From Treponema sp. (GTDB lineage: Bacteria > Spirochaetota > Spirochaetia > Treponematales > Breznakiellaceae), in NCBI GenBank assembly GCA_009788065.1, contig WQSF01000001.1, forward strand, positions 6,414-70,413: a stretch of 64,000 nucleotides of DNA. The letters are read 5' to 3'. The position numbers and the translations under genes are program-made. This document shows, in pieces, positions 47,459-56,518 of the stretch; within the stretch, counting starts at the first letter, position 1; every line of letters begins with the position of its first letter. The notes beneath the pieces are model-generated. The model made no database searches. It saw nothing but the letters and a program-made list of their open reading frames with translations, and was not told the origin of the DNA.

Positions 47459-48469
47459 TCACGGAGCTGTTATTTGATATTGCTGCGCCATAAACCGGCT
47501 TAGATTATCACGAATATTTTTCGACAGGTTTTGGTAAGAGGGATCATCAGAAATAAAGCCGAGATAGCCTTCTTTTATTCCAATTGTATCAGAAATACCG
47601 TATTCAATTTGATCTTCAAGAACTTTTTCAAGAATCTCCATTACAAGTTTTTTTTGCTCCATAACGCCGCATCCTATTATATAGCCGGGAGCAAGGCTGT
47701 ATGCGTTTGTGTTATACCAGACAATATACGCGCCTTTTTCAACCGCAACTCTGATTAGACCCTGCGCGGCTCCTCCCGCAATCGCTGTAAACACATCAAC
47801 GCCGGAGTTCATCATCGCAATAGCAAGTTCCGCTGCCTTGTTCGCGTCAGCCCACGAGCCGACTATTCTAACATCAAGCGAAATTTCCGGATCTGCTATT
47901 CTTGCGCCTTCCAGAAAACCGGGAATCATCTGTCTTGTCAAAAGCGGATATTCCTGCGCGGCGATAAAACCGATCTTTTTCTGGCTGTTGGCGTATGGCA
48001 TATCGCTGATTGTAACCAGTCCCGCCAGATAACCTAGCAATAAAGACTGATCGTATTGATTATAATTAAATGTTCTTATTTGCGGATGCCCTTCATATTC
48101 CGCGTCCGCTATTATGAATTTTTGATTGGGAAACATTTTTGCGACATTCGCGCAAATCTCTGGCAGTGAAGGATTTGAACCGATAACTACATCGTAGTTT
48201 CCGCTTGAAACCATCTCCGCCAACTGCTGTTCCCATTGGGCTTGGTTCATACCGGCTTCATAGATTTTTATCTGAATCCCCGGATTATTTAAAGCAAATT
48301 CATTGGCACCCTCAGCCATTAATTCGTATGTCGGGCTTCCGGCGATTACACCCGTGATATAGATAAGAGCTGACAGCCTTTTTTCCTGTTTTACAGATTC
48401 CGCCTTTTTTTCGCAGCCCGAAAATAATAAAACAGAAATAAATAAAAATAAATAAAAAGTTTTTTTCAT
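47459..48469 (-). CDS. BMP family ABC substrate-binding lipoprotein
   Basis: LFSG-C lipobox, GYLAG, KIGFIAA, VGSWADANKAAELA, GVDV. Confidence 0.88.
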   Translation of the reverse strand: MKKTFYLFLFISVLLFSGCEKKAESVKQEKRLSALIYITGVIAGSPTYELMAEGANEFALNNPGIQIKIYEAGMNQAQWEQQLAEMVSSGNYDVVIGSNPSLPEICANVAKMFPNQKFIIADAEYEGHPQIRTFNYNQYDQSLLLGYLAGLVTISDMPYANSQKKIGFIAAQEYPLLTRQMIPGFLEGARIADPEISLDVRIVGSWADANKAAELAIAMMNSGVDVFTAIAGGAAQGLIRVAVEKGAYIVWYNTNAYSLAPGYIIGCGVMEQKKLVMEILEKVLEDQIEYGISDTIGIKEGYLGFISDDPSYQNLSKNIRDNLSRFMAQQYQITAP

Positions 48470-49878
48470 AACATATTATCCCTTAACTTTTTATACTCAT
48501 AAAAAAGATGATTGTAAAGGTCTTTATTAATGGAATTTGGCTTATATTTATTTTTAATACAGCGCAATGCATTAACGGCCTGTGTAAACGAACTATATTT
48601 GCCAAGAAAACAGGAGCCGATCACAGCAAGCCCAAGTAATTCGGCTTCTTTACAGGCGCATGTAATTATTTCTTTTCCTGTTATGTCTGCTTTTATCTGG
48701 TTTAATCTTTCAAACCCGGCAAGTCCGCCTGTAACATATATCTGCTCAACTTTTTCGCCTGTCTGTTCCATTACGGAAATTACATCATTAATCGCGAAAC
48801 CAATTCCTTCCAATATTGAATTCGCAAATTCACTCCTTCCTGTATCAATATTTATACCGTTCCAAAGCGCTCTTACGTTTGGATTCCAGATAGGCGAGCG
48901 CTCTCCTGAAAGATACGGAAGGAATACAAGCCCTCCGCTGCCGTATCCGCTTTTTTCAGCAAGCGCCATAAAATCGCCGATACTTTCAAGGCCCAAAAGT
49001 TCTTTTCCCCATTCAATCGCCCTGCCTGTTGTGTTAATCATTCCTGAAAGGTTCCAATACGGTTCAATAGGAAAAGCGTACGACATAAGCGATTTATGAT
49101 TAATTCGTTTAACTGTACACAGATTAATTCCGTCAGATGAGCCTGTCCGGTTACACGCCTGTCCCGGCTCCATAACTCCGCTGCCTAAAATAGCCGTAAA
49201 AAAATCAGGACCTCCGCTTATTATTTGAATATCCTTTTTAAATCCAAAACGCTCCGCCGCTTTTTGAGAAATCGATCCGAATGAATCACCAGGCCTTATA
49301 AAGGGAGGAAATTTATGAGCATCCAGATTAAGCTTCTCCAGAATTGCGTCATTCCAAAACCAGCGGTCAAATCCTTCGCATGGAAAAACAGTACGCGCCT
49401 GTCCTGTCAGTGTGTAAGCTAAAAACTCAGGGCATCCAAGAAATTTTTTTGTTATCTGATATAAATTATTTTCTTCTCTTTTTATATGAAGTATCTTTGG
49501 AAGGAAAAAACTTGAGTCAACATAATCATTCATTAATGCGGATACTTCTTCGCTGTATTTTACTCCACGCCTGTCAAGCCATAATCTGGCTTTTTCTGCC
49601 GGAACATTTAAACTGTTATCGTCAGCCAGCTCTCCCAAAACCGGCACAAGACTCGGGCCGTTACCGCTGATAACAATCGCCTGAACAGAAGCAATGTTTC
49701 CCAAGTTTGCGCAGCATGTATCAAACGCTTCCAGCCATTGGGAAGGGGCGGCTTCATGTTTTCCGCCTTCTGCAATTTCGGATTTCAAGGGAACCGAGGC
49801 AAATGACAAACGCGTTCCGTCTAAATCCCATACCGCCGATTTAAATGCCGAGGTTCCAATGTCAACCGTCAGAATCAT
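48466..49878 (-). CDS. FGGY family carbohydrate kinase (xylulokinase-like)
   Basis: VDIGTSAFK, LWLDRR, FLPYLSGERSP, EGIGF, VTGG, QIKADITG. Confidence 0.88.
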   Translation of the reverse strand: MILTVDIGTSAFKSAVWDLDGTRLSFASVPLKSEIAEGGKHEAAPSQWLEAFDTCCANLGNIASVQAIVISGNGPSLVPVLGELADDNSLNVPAEKARLWLDRRGVKYSEEVSALMNDYVDSSFFLPKILHIKREENNLYQITKKFLGCPEFLAYTLTGQARTVFPCEGFDRWFWNDAILEKLNLDAHKFPPFIRPGDSFGSISQKAAERFGFKKDIQIISGGPDFFTAILGSGVMEPGQACNRTGSSDGINLCTVKRINHKSLMSYAFPIEPYWNLSGMINTTGRAIEWGKELLGLESIGDFMALAEKSGYGSGGLVFLPYLSGERSPIWNPNVRALWNGINIDTGRSEFANSILEGIGFAINDVISVMEQTGEKVEQIYVTGGLAGFERLNQIKADITGKEIITCACKEAELLGLAVIGSCFLGKYSSFTQAVNALRCIKNKYKPNSINKDLYNHLFYEYKKLRDNML

Positions 49879-49893
49879 ATAAACCCCTGAGTA

Positions 49894-50553
49894 TTATTTT
49901 CCGGCGCTTTTGAAATAAAGCTCTTTAATGTCATGTTCTTTTGCGATTCCTTTTTTTTCAAACTTGGTAGAAGGACGCCAGCTCTGCGCGGGAGCAAAAC
50001 CTTCATACGCGTTTTCTAAGCCGGCAGTTAAGGTAAGTTCGTCTAATGCCTGCAGCGCGTAATCTTCCCAATCCGTTACCATGTATAAGTATCCGTCAGG
50101 TTTCAGGCATTTGGCAAGAGTATCCGTAAAGGGGCGTTGTATTAACCGCCGTTTTTTATGTCTTTTCTTTGGCCAGGGATCAGGAAAAAAAATATGAATA
50201 GCGTCAAGGGATTCGGGAGGAATCATTTTTTCGGTGACAATAACCGCGTCATATTCAATTATTCTGATATTTAAAAGAGATCTTTTTTCAATTTCCCATA
50301 ATAACCGTCCTATGCCGGGACGGTGGACTTCGATGCCTATATAATTCATATCGGGATTATCACAGGCGATCTGCGCTGTCGCAGTTCCCATTCCAAAACC
50401 AATTTCCATTGATACTTTATTATTTAAAAATATTTTTGTTAAATCCAAATATTCATGAGAATACGGAATTATATATTGACTGTAGAGCGATTCATAAGCG
50501 TTTTTTTGCGCCGTTGTATAACGTCCGGCGCGTAACACATAACTTTTATTCAT
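49894..50553 (-). CDS. trmB: tRNA (guanine-N7)-methyltransferase
   Basis: [37 protein letters not shown]. Confidence 0.96.
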   Translation of the reverse strand: MNKSYVLRAGRYTTAQKNAYESLYSQYIIPYSHEYLDLTKIFLNNKVSMEIGFGMGTATAQIACDNPDMNYIGIEVHRPGIGRLLWEIEKRSLLNIRIIEYDAVIVTEKMIPPESLDAIHIFFPDPWPKKRHKKRRLIQRPFTDTLAKCLKPDGYLYMVTDWEDYALQALDELTLTAGLENAYEGFAPAQSWRPSTKFEKKGIAKEHDIKELYFKSAGK

Positions 50554-51215
50554 TAATTAACAGGAATTACATTTGTAAAAGCGCTGCAAAAATTGGATTC
50601 ATCTTCAGCCCAAAGAGCGGCAGTTCTTGAGCCTGTCGGAAGCCCCAATCCTGAAACGCTTCCCGACAGTGAATTAATTATGATAGTTGATAAATAGTTT
50701 CCGTTTGAATCGTAACAGACTAAACGATTAACAGGCCACTGCGATTTTACTGTGTATATACCGCCTGATATTTCAATCTCGGGAAAAGCAAAACGGACAT
50801 TACCGTCGTAAGTAATACTGCGTTCCGTGCTTTCTCCGCCCTTGTTAACAAGAACAACCCTGTATTGTCCTCTTGGAAGTTCGCCTTCGGCAACAGCGAT
50901 GCTTCTGGTTCCAATCCAGTCTTTGTTGTCATTATTGTGATGAATCCACTCGTCACTGTTAATTTTCCAGCGAAGCTGTTCGCGGTCATGGTAAAGATAC
51001 AATACGTCAAGATTGTCAATACCGTCCTCGTCCTCAATCATTACAAAAAGCGAAAAATGCTCCTGCGGTCCGTCCTGTCCCTGATAAATAACCAACTGTA
51101 AATATCCGTATGTAATTTCAGGCGGAGTCCTGGTACAAGAAACTGTCAGCGAGAGTAAAAATGCAAATACCGCAAGAAAAAGAAAATTAAGCGTTTTTTT
51201 CGTTTGTTTCATCAT
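50553..51215 (-). CDS. Lipoprotein of unknown function
   Basis: Basic N-terminus, hydrophobic core, LTVS-C lipobox. Confidence 0.75.
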   Translation of the reverse strand: MMKQTKKTLNFLFLAVFAFLLSLTVSCTRTPPEITYGYLQLVIYQGQDGPQEHFSLFVMIEDEDGIDNLDVLYLYHDREQLRWKINSDEWIHHNNDNKDWIGTRSIAVAEGELPRGQYRVVLVNKGGESTERSITYDGNVRFAFPEIEISGGIYTVKSQWPVNRLVCYDSNGNYLSTIIINSLSGSVSGLGLPTGSRTAALWAEDESNFCSAFTNVIPVN

Positions 51216-51268
51216 ATGTATTATTTTAAGTATAGATTGAAAATTAAAAAAAGTCTACAATATCCTGC

Positions 51269-51874
51269 ATGAATATTTGGTTTGCAACTAATAACACCCA
51301 TAAAAAAACGGAACTGCAGGCGATTATGAACACCTGTTTAAAAATACCGTCCGAAGAAGGCATCTCTTTTGATCCTGACGAATATGGAACTACATTTAAC
51401 GAAAACGCGCTGATTAAGGCAAGAGAATTAAAAAAATATATTCCCAAAGACGATATTGTAATTGCCGATGATTCCGGTTTATGCGTAGACGCTCTTTGCG
51501 GAAGACCCGGTGTTTTATCCGCCCGTTACGGTATGGAAAACGGGAGAAAATTGGCAAGCGGCGAACAAAATAAAATGCTCATTGAAGAGGTAGGCGACAA
51601 TAACAAGATACGAACCGCGCGTTTTGTCTGCGCGATGGTATTGCTTTTTACCGGCGACAGGTATGTTATCGTACAGGAAACAATCGAAGGCTGCCTTGTA
51701 AAATCAAATGAAATAAAAGGTGAAGGCGGCTTTGGTTACGATCCGATTTTCTTCCTCCCGCAATTCAGCCGCACTCTCGCGCAACTGTCAGCAGAAGAAA
51801 AAAACGCGATCAGCCATCGCGGAAAAGCCGGTAAAATTATCGCGGAAATTATATTAAAAAAATGTCAAAATTAG
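51269..51874 (+). CDS. rdgB: Non-canonical purine NTP pyrophosphatase (RdgB/HAM1)
   Basis: FATNNTHK, ADDSGL, PGVLSARY, GFGYDPIF, KNAISHRGKA. Confidence 0.95.
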   Translation: MNIWFATNNTHKKTELQAIMNTCLKIPSEEGISFDPDEYGTTFNENALIKARELKKYIPKDDIVIADDSGLCVDALCGRPGVLSARYGMENGRKLASGEQNKMLIEEVGDNNKIRTARFVCAMVLLFTGDRYVIVQETIEGCLVKSNEIKGEGGFGYDPIFFLPQFSRTLAQLSAEEKNAISHRGKAGKIIAEIILKKCQN

Positions 51875-53919
51875 ATATAAAAACTGAATTAAATGAACCG
51901 CAAATGCAGGCAGCTACCGCCATTAACGGACCTGTATTAATTATCGCCGGAGCTGGCTCAGGCAAAACAAGAGTTATCACTTACCGGATTGCGTATATGC
52001 TTGAAAAAGGTATTGCGCAGTCTGCGATTCTGGCGCTTACTTTTACAAATAAAGCGTCTCGCGAAATGGAGCAAAGGGTTAAGGAACTCACCGGAAAAAA
52101 ATTACAAAGTCTTAATGTCAGCACATTTCACGCTTTTGGTTTAAAAATTATAAAAGACGAATGCGAGCTTTTGGGATACAGAAAGAATTTTTCCATTTAT
52201 GATGAAACAGATAAAATGTCGCTTATCAAAGAATCTCTAAGAGAGTGTAAAATGTTTTCGCAGAAAATCGATCTTTACGCATTAAGCCAGTATTTTTCAA
52301 GGGTAAAAACCGGGCTTTCAACATGGACAGACGATGCCGGTATGCAGCAGGTTTATGATGAATACCAACAAGCGTTAAAAATTTACAACGCTGTGGATTT
52401 TGACGATCTTTTAACAATCCCTCTTGAATTGTTTACAAAACATAAAGAAATACTTGAAAAATATCGAAAAAAATACCGCTACCTTCTTGTTGACGAATTT
52501 CAGGATACAAGCCTTTTACAATATAAATTATTAAGATTGCTTTCGGAAAATAAAGACGCGAATATATGCGTTGTAGGCGATGACGATCAATCAATTTATT
52601 CATGGAGAGGCGCAAATTACGAAAACATTCTGATGTTTGAAAAAGATTTTCCAGGACGCATCGAAATTAAACTTGAACAAAATTACCGATCTACTTCCAC
52701 AATTCTTGACGCCGCTAACGGCGTTATTTCTCATAATACAGGCAGAAAAGAAAAAAACCTTTGGTCGCCAAAAGAAGGCGGAAAACCTGTAGAACTTTTT
52801 TACCCGGAAAACGAAACCGCGGAATCTGACTTTATCGCAAGGCAGATAAAATCTTCGATGATAAATGAAGGTTTTAAATATCATGATTTTGGCGTTCTGA
52901 CAAGAACCAATTCTCTTGCAAGAAATATAGAAGAATCATTTTTATCTGAAAATATACCTTACTGTGTTTCAGGAGGAACAAGCTTCTTCCAGCGCAAGGA
53001 AATAAAAGATATTATTTCCTATCTTAGAATAATCGCGAATCAGGACGATGATGTAAGCCTCCTTAGGATTATTAACACTCCCAGAAGAGGTATCGGTAAA
53101 ACCACAATCGCGGCGTTAAACGAAAACGCTAAAAAAAATCATTCGAGTCTATGGGATGCTCTTTCCCGTTTTAACTACAGTAAATCCCACAAACAGCAGG
53201 CTCTGTTTGAAGACAAAACAGTGTCAACTGAACTTGAAGAATTTTCAACCATGATAGAAAATTATAAAACATTGATGCTTGAGCGCAAGGGAGAGCCTGG
53301 CGCTCCATGGCGTCTTTCAAATTGCGTCCGCGCTCTTGTCAGCGATATTGATTACTGGAGCTATCTTGTTCTTGAACACAGCAAAGATGAAAAGAAAGCG
53401 AGATGGAAATTTAACAATATTGAATATTTTATAAGAATGATTGAAAATTGGGAATCAGACCCTGACAATCTTGATGCCGGATTATACCCGTGGCTTAACC
53501 GAATCAGTCTTATTACACGCGATAACGGCGAAGATAACAACGAGGGAAAAGTAAATCTTATGACGATACATGCCGCTAAAGGTTTGGAATTTCCTGTAGT
53601 TTTTATAGCAGGCGCCGAGCAAGGATTAATTCCTCATGAAAAAAGCATGAGCGATAATGACGCAGATGATAAAGGCGGCAGTATAGAAGAAGAGCGCCGC
53701 CTTTTCTATGTCGCGATAACAAGAGCCAGAGAAAAGTTATTTATTACAAGCTGTCAGAAACGCCGTCATCTTCAAAACACAAAAGAATGTACTCCTTCTC
53801 CTTTTTTGGATGAAATCCAGCAGGAACTTATAAAAATCCACGAAAGAGAAGTTGATTTACCTCCAACTGCCGAACAGGAAGAAGTATTCATGAAAAGGCT
53901 CAAAAATATATTTGGTTAA
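51862..53919 (+). CDS. UvrD/Rep/PcrA superfamily I helicase
   Basis: AGAGSGKT, TFTNKA, DEFQD, VGDDDQSIY, QNYRS, TIHAAKGLEF, EERRLFYVAITRA. Confidence 0.95.
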   Translation: MSKLDIKTELNEPQMQAATAINGPVLIIAGAGSGKTRVITYRIAYMLEKGIAQSAILALTFTNKASREMEQRVKELTGKKLQSLNVSTFHAFGLKIIKDECELLGYRKNFSIYDETDKMSLIKESLRECKMFSQKIDLYALSQYFSRVKTGLSTWTDDAGMQQVYDEYQQALKIYNAVDFDDLLTIPLELFTKHKEILEKYRKKYRYLLVDEFQDTSLLQYKLLRLLSENKDANICVVGDDDQSIYSWRGANYENILMFEKDFPGRIEIKLEQNYRSTSTILDAANGVISHNTGRKEKNLWSPKEGGKPVELFYPENETAESDFIARQIKSSMINEGFKYHDFGVLTRTNSLARNIEESFLSENIPYCVSGGTSFFQRKEIKDIISYLRIIANQDDDVSLLRIINTPRRGIGKTTIAALNENAKKNHSSLWDALSRFNYSKSHKQQALFEDKTVSTELEEFSTMIENYKTLMLERKGEPGAPWRLSNCVRALVSDIDYWSYLVLEHSKDEKKARWKFNNIEYFIRMIENWESDPDNLDAGLYPWLNRISLITRDNGEDNNEGKVNLMTIHAAKGLEFPVVFIAGAEQGLIPHEKSMSDNDADDKGGSIEEERRLFYVAITRAREKLFITSCQKRRHLQNTKECTPSPFLDEIQQELIKIHEREVDLPPTAEQEEVFMKRLKNIFG

Positions 53920-55931
53920 GTTTTTAAATATTTTTCCAGTTCTTCATTTTCTATTAGCGCAAAAACATCATTTTTCGCGCGTTCAAGTATTTCTATGTCC
54001 CGGATGGGATCCGCGATTCCCAGAACGAAGTATCCTGATTGTTCGGTACCGGTAATTTGACCCGGGCCGCGCATTCTTAAATCTTCTTCCGCAATTACAA
54101 AGCCGTCTGAATTTTCAAGCATTACTTTAAGCCTTGCCTTCCCTTCATCTGTAAGTTCGTCAGAAAAGAGAAGAAAACAATACGATTGCTCGCTTCCTCT
54201 CCCCACACGTCCTCGTAACTGGTGCAGAGCTGACAATCCAAAACGTTCAGCATGCTCTATTACCATACAGGTTGCGTTTGGAACGTCTACGCCGACTTCT
54301 ACAACGCTTGTCGCCGCAAGTATATGAATCTTTCCTTCGCGGAATTCATCCATAACAGCTTTTTTTTCTTCTTCCGGCAATTTAGAATGAATAAGCGATG
54401 TTTTATATTTTGGAAAAATCTTTTCAGATAACCTTTGCGCCATTGAAACCGCGTCTTTTATCTCGTCTCCGCCTTCGATTAAAGGATAGACAAAATACGC
54501 CTGCCTTCCCTGTTCAAGTTCCTTTTTAATAAAATCATAAACTTTTTTTTCGTTTGATTCTTTCGCCAGATGCGTTTTAACCGTTTTCCTTCCCGGAGGC
54601 ATATCTTTTATAACTGACACATCCATATCGCCGAAAACAGTTAAAGCCAATGTACGCGGAATTGGAGTCGCGCTCATCATTAAAAGACCTGCATCTTCTC
54701 CTTTTTGCATAATTAAAGAACGCTGTGTTACTCCAAAACGATGCTGTTCGTCTATCACGGCTAGTTTAAGGTTTTTATATTTTACATCCTTTGAAAAAAG
54801 TGCGTGGGTTCCTACTACTATATCAATTGTTCCGCCGGAAAGATTTTTTATAAGTTCTTTTCGTCCGGCAGTTTTTATATTACCGGTAAGAAAAGCGATA
54901 CTTAATCCTAACGGCTCCAGAATACGTGCGGCGTTTTCGGCGTGCTGGCGCGCAAGCAATTCTGTCGGAGCCATGATTGCCGCCTGTCCTCCCGATTCAA
55001 CAGCTCTAAGAGCGGCTAAAAAAGAAACCAGTGTTTTTCCTGAACCGACATCACCCTGTAAAAGACGCGCCATCGGTATTTCCTGCTCCATATCATAGTT
55101 AATTTCTGTAATTGCTTCTATTTGTCCTTTTGTCAATTCAAACTGCAGTCTTTCAATTAAGCGTTTCTGAAGAGCCGATAAATTTATTTCATCTTTATTG
55201 AAAGTTTTTAATTTATTTATTTTTCTTTTTTTTCTTTCAATCGATCTTTTGGCGATCATCACTTCTAAAAAAAACAACTCTTCGTATATTAAAGTCTTTT
55301 TCGCTCTCTCCAGAGAATCTGCAGATGAAGGAAAATGTATTTCGTATAACGCATTAATTTTTGACAGCAATCCATCCCTTTGTACAATATAAGAAGGAAG
55401 TTCATTATCAATATTATCTTTGTATTTATTAAGCGCGTTTTCAGTAAATCGGCGCATCATCGTCTGAGTAAGCCCCGCTGTCAACGGATAGACTGGCAAT
55501 ATACCGCCAAAATACATTTCTTTTGAAGAAACAGGATCAATTTCGAATGAACTTGACTGTAATTCACCATACTTATAAAAGAATTTACCAAAGACAATAT
55601 AATTTTGCCCTGTAACAATTTGCTTATCCATCCACGGACGGTTAAAACACAATAACGCCGCCTGAGCGCTATCGTCTTTAACATATATTTTTAATGTTTT
55701 CATTCTTCCGTAACCAATCCATTCACGCGCAAAAACATTAACAACAGAGCAGATTTTTCCGTGATTATACATGCTTAAAGGTATTATTTTCGCGCGATCT
55801 TCCCAATCACGCGGATAATGAAGGAGTAAATCGGATACAGTATGAATTCCCAATTTTGAAAGTTTATTTACTGCAGAACTTCCAATCCCGTGAACAGAAT
55901 TTAGTGAAGCCTGAATAGCGCGAAGAATCAT
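53916..55931 (-). CDS. recG: ATP-dependent DNA helicase RecG
   Basis: QGDVGSGKT, DEQHRFG, SATPIPRT, QLRGRVGRG, RGPG. Confidence 0.96.
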   Translation of the reverse strand: MILRAIQASLNSVHGIGSSAVNKLSKLGIHTVSDLLLHYPRDWEDRAKIIPLSMYNHGKICSVVNVFAREWIGYGRMKTLKIYVKDDSAQAALLCFNRPWMDKQIVTGQNYIVFGKFFYKYGELQSSSFEIDPVSSKEMYFGGILPVYPLTAGLTQTMMRRFTENALNKYKDNIDNELPSYIVQRDGLLSKINALYEIHFPSSADSLERAKKTLIYEELFFLEVMIAKRSIERKKRKINKLKTFNKDEINLSALQKRLIERLQFELTKGQIEAITEINYDMEQEIPMARLLQGDVGSGKTLVSFLAALRAVESGGQAAIMAPTELLARQHAENAARILEPLGLSIAFLTGNIKTAGRKELIKNLSGGTIDIVVGTHALFSKDVKYKNLKLAVIDEQHRFGVTQRSLIMQKGEDAGLLMMSATPIPRTLALTVFGDMDVSVIKDMPPGRKTVKTHLAKESNEKKVYDFIKKELEQGRQAYFVYPLIEGGDEIKDAVSMAQRLSEKIFPKYKTSLIHSKLPEEEKKAVMDEFREGKIHILAATSVVEVGVDVPNATCMVIEHAERFGLSALHQLRGRVGRGSEQSYCFLLFSDELTDEGKARLKVMLENSDGFVIAEEDLRMRGPGQITGTEQSGYFVLGIADPIRDIEILERAKNDVFALIENEELEKYLKT

Positions 55932-56518
55932 TATATAGGCAATTTATAAATTAAACCTGCGAGAAGTATTACTATAAATCTTCCCGCAATAAACCCTGCT
56001 ATTAAAATTAAAGTCGAAAAAATAATTCCTTTTAAATAACTCACAGGCCTTCTTGAGAAAAACAAATTTTTCATTTTGTACCTGAGAGGCTGTGACATTG
56101 AATCAATAGCCGACCAAAAACGGCTGTATATATTCTGGTTGGTTAAATACGCGAAAAGCCGAAGTATTAAAATTACAATAAAGAAAATGATAATAAATGA
56201 AAATATCGACCATAAAGACATTAAAATTTCAACTAAAACCGCGCTAAGCGTTATTTTTTGCGAAAGAGAGAGTGTGTATAATATTTTTTGAACAAAAGAA
56301 ACAAACACAATCGCGAAAATTATGGAAAGATCAAGAAAACCGATTCTGAGATTTAGTTTATTTCTCCACCAGTTAAGGTACGGATCTGTTATCTTGCATA
56401 ATAAATCGACCGGTTTTCCCCGGACAGAATTGCTGAACCATGTAATAATTATCCTGATAAATATTAAAATGCTGTAAATTGAAACAGCTCCTGCAAGTAA
56501 TCCAAAAATAAACTTCAT
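55931..56518 (-). CDS. YggT family membrane protein (two repeats)
   Basis: IRIIITWF..KITDPYL..DLS, plus a second similar half. Confidence 0.82.
   Translation of the reverse strand: MKFIFGLLAGAVSIYSILIFIRIIITWFSNSVRGKPVDLLCKITDPYLNWWRNKLNLRIGFLDLSIIFAIVFVSFVQKILYTLSLSQKITLSAVLVEILMSLWSIFSFIIIFFIVILILRLFAYLTNQNIYSRFWSAIDSMSQPLRYKMKNLFFSRRPVSYLKGIIFSTLILIAGFIAGRFIVILLAGLIYKLPI

Noticed and set aside
53281-53310. gagcgc..gcgctc inverted repeat in the UvrD gene (RKGEPGAPW)
   Set aside because: Only a 6-bp stem with no GAACC/GGTTC ends; compatible with chance.
53916-53919. Convergent UvrD/recG stop codons overlapping by 4 nt
   Set aside because: Common in compact genomes; no further signal.
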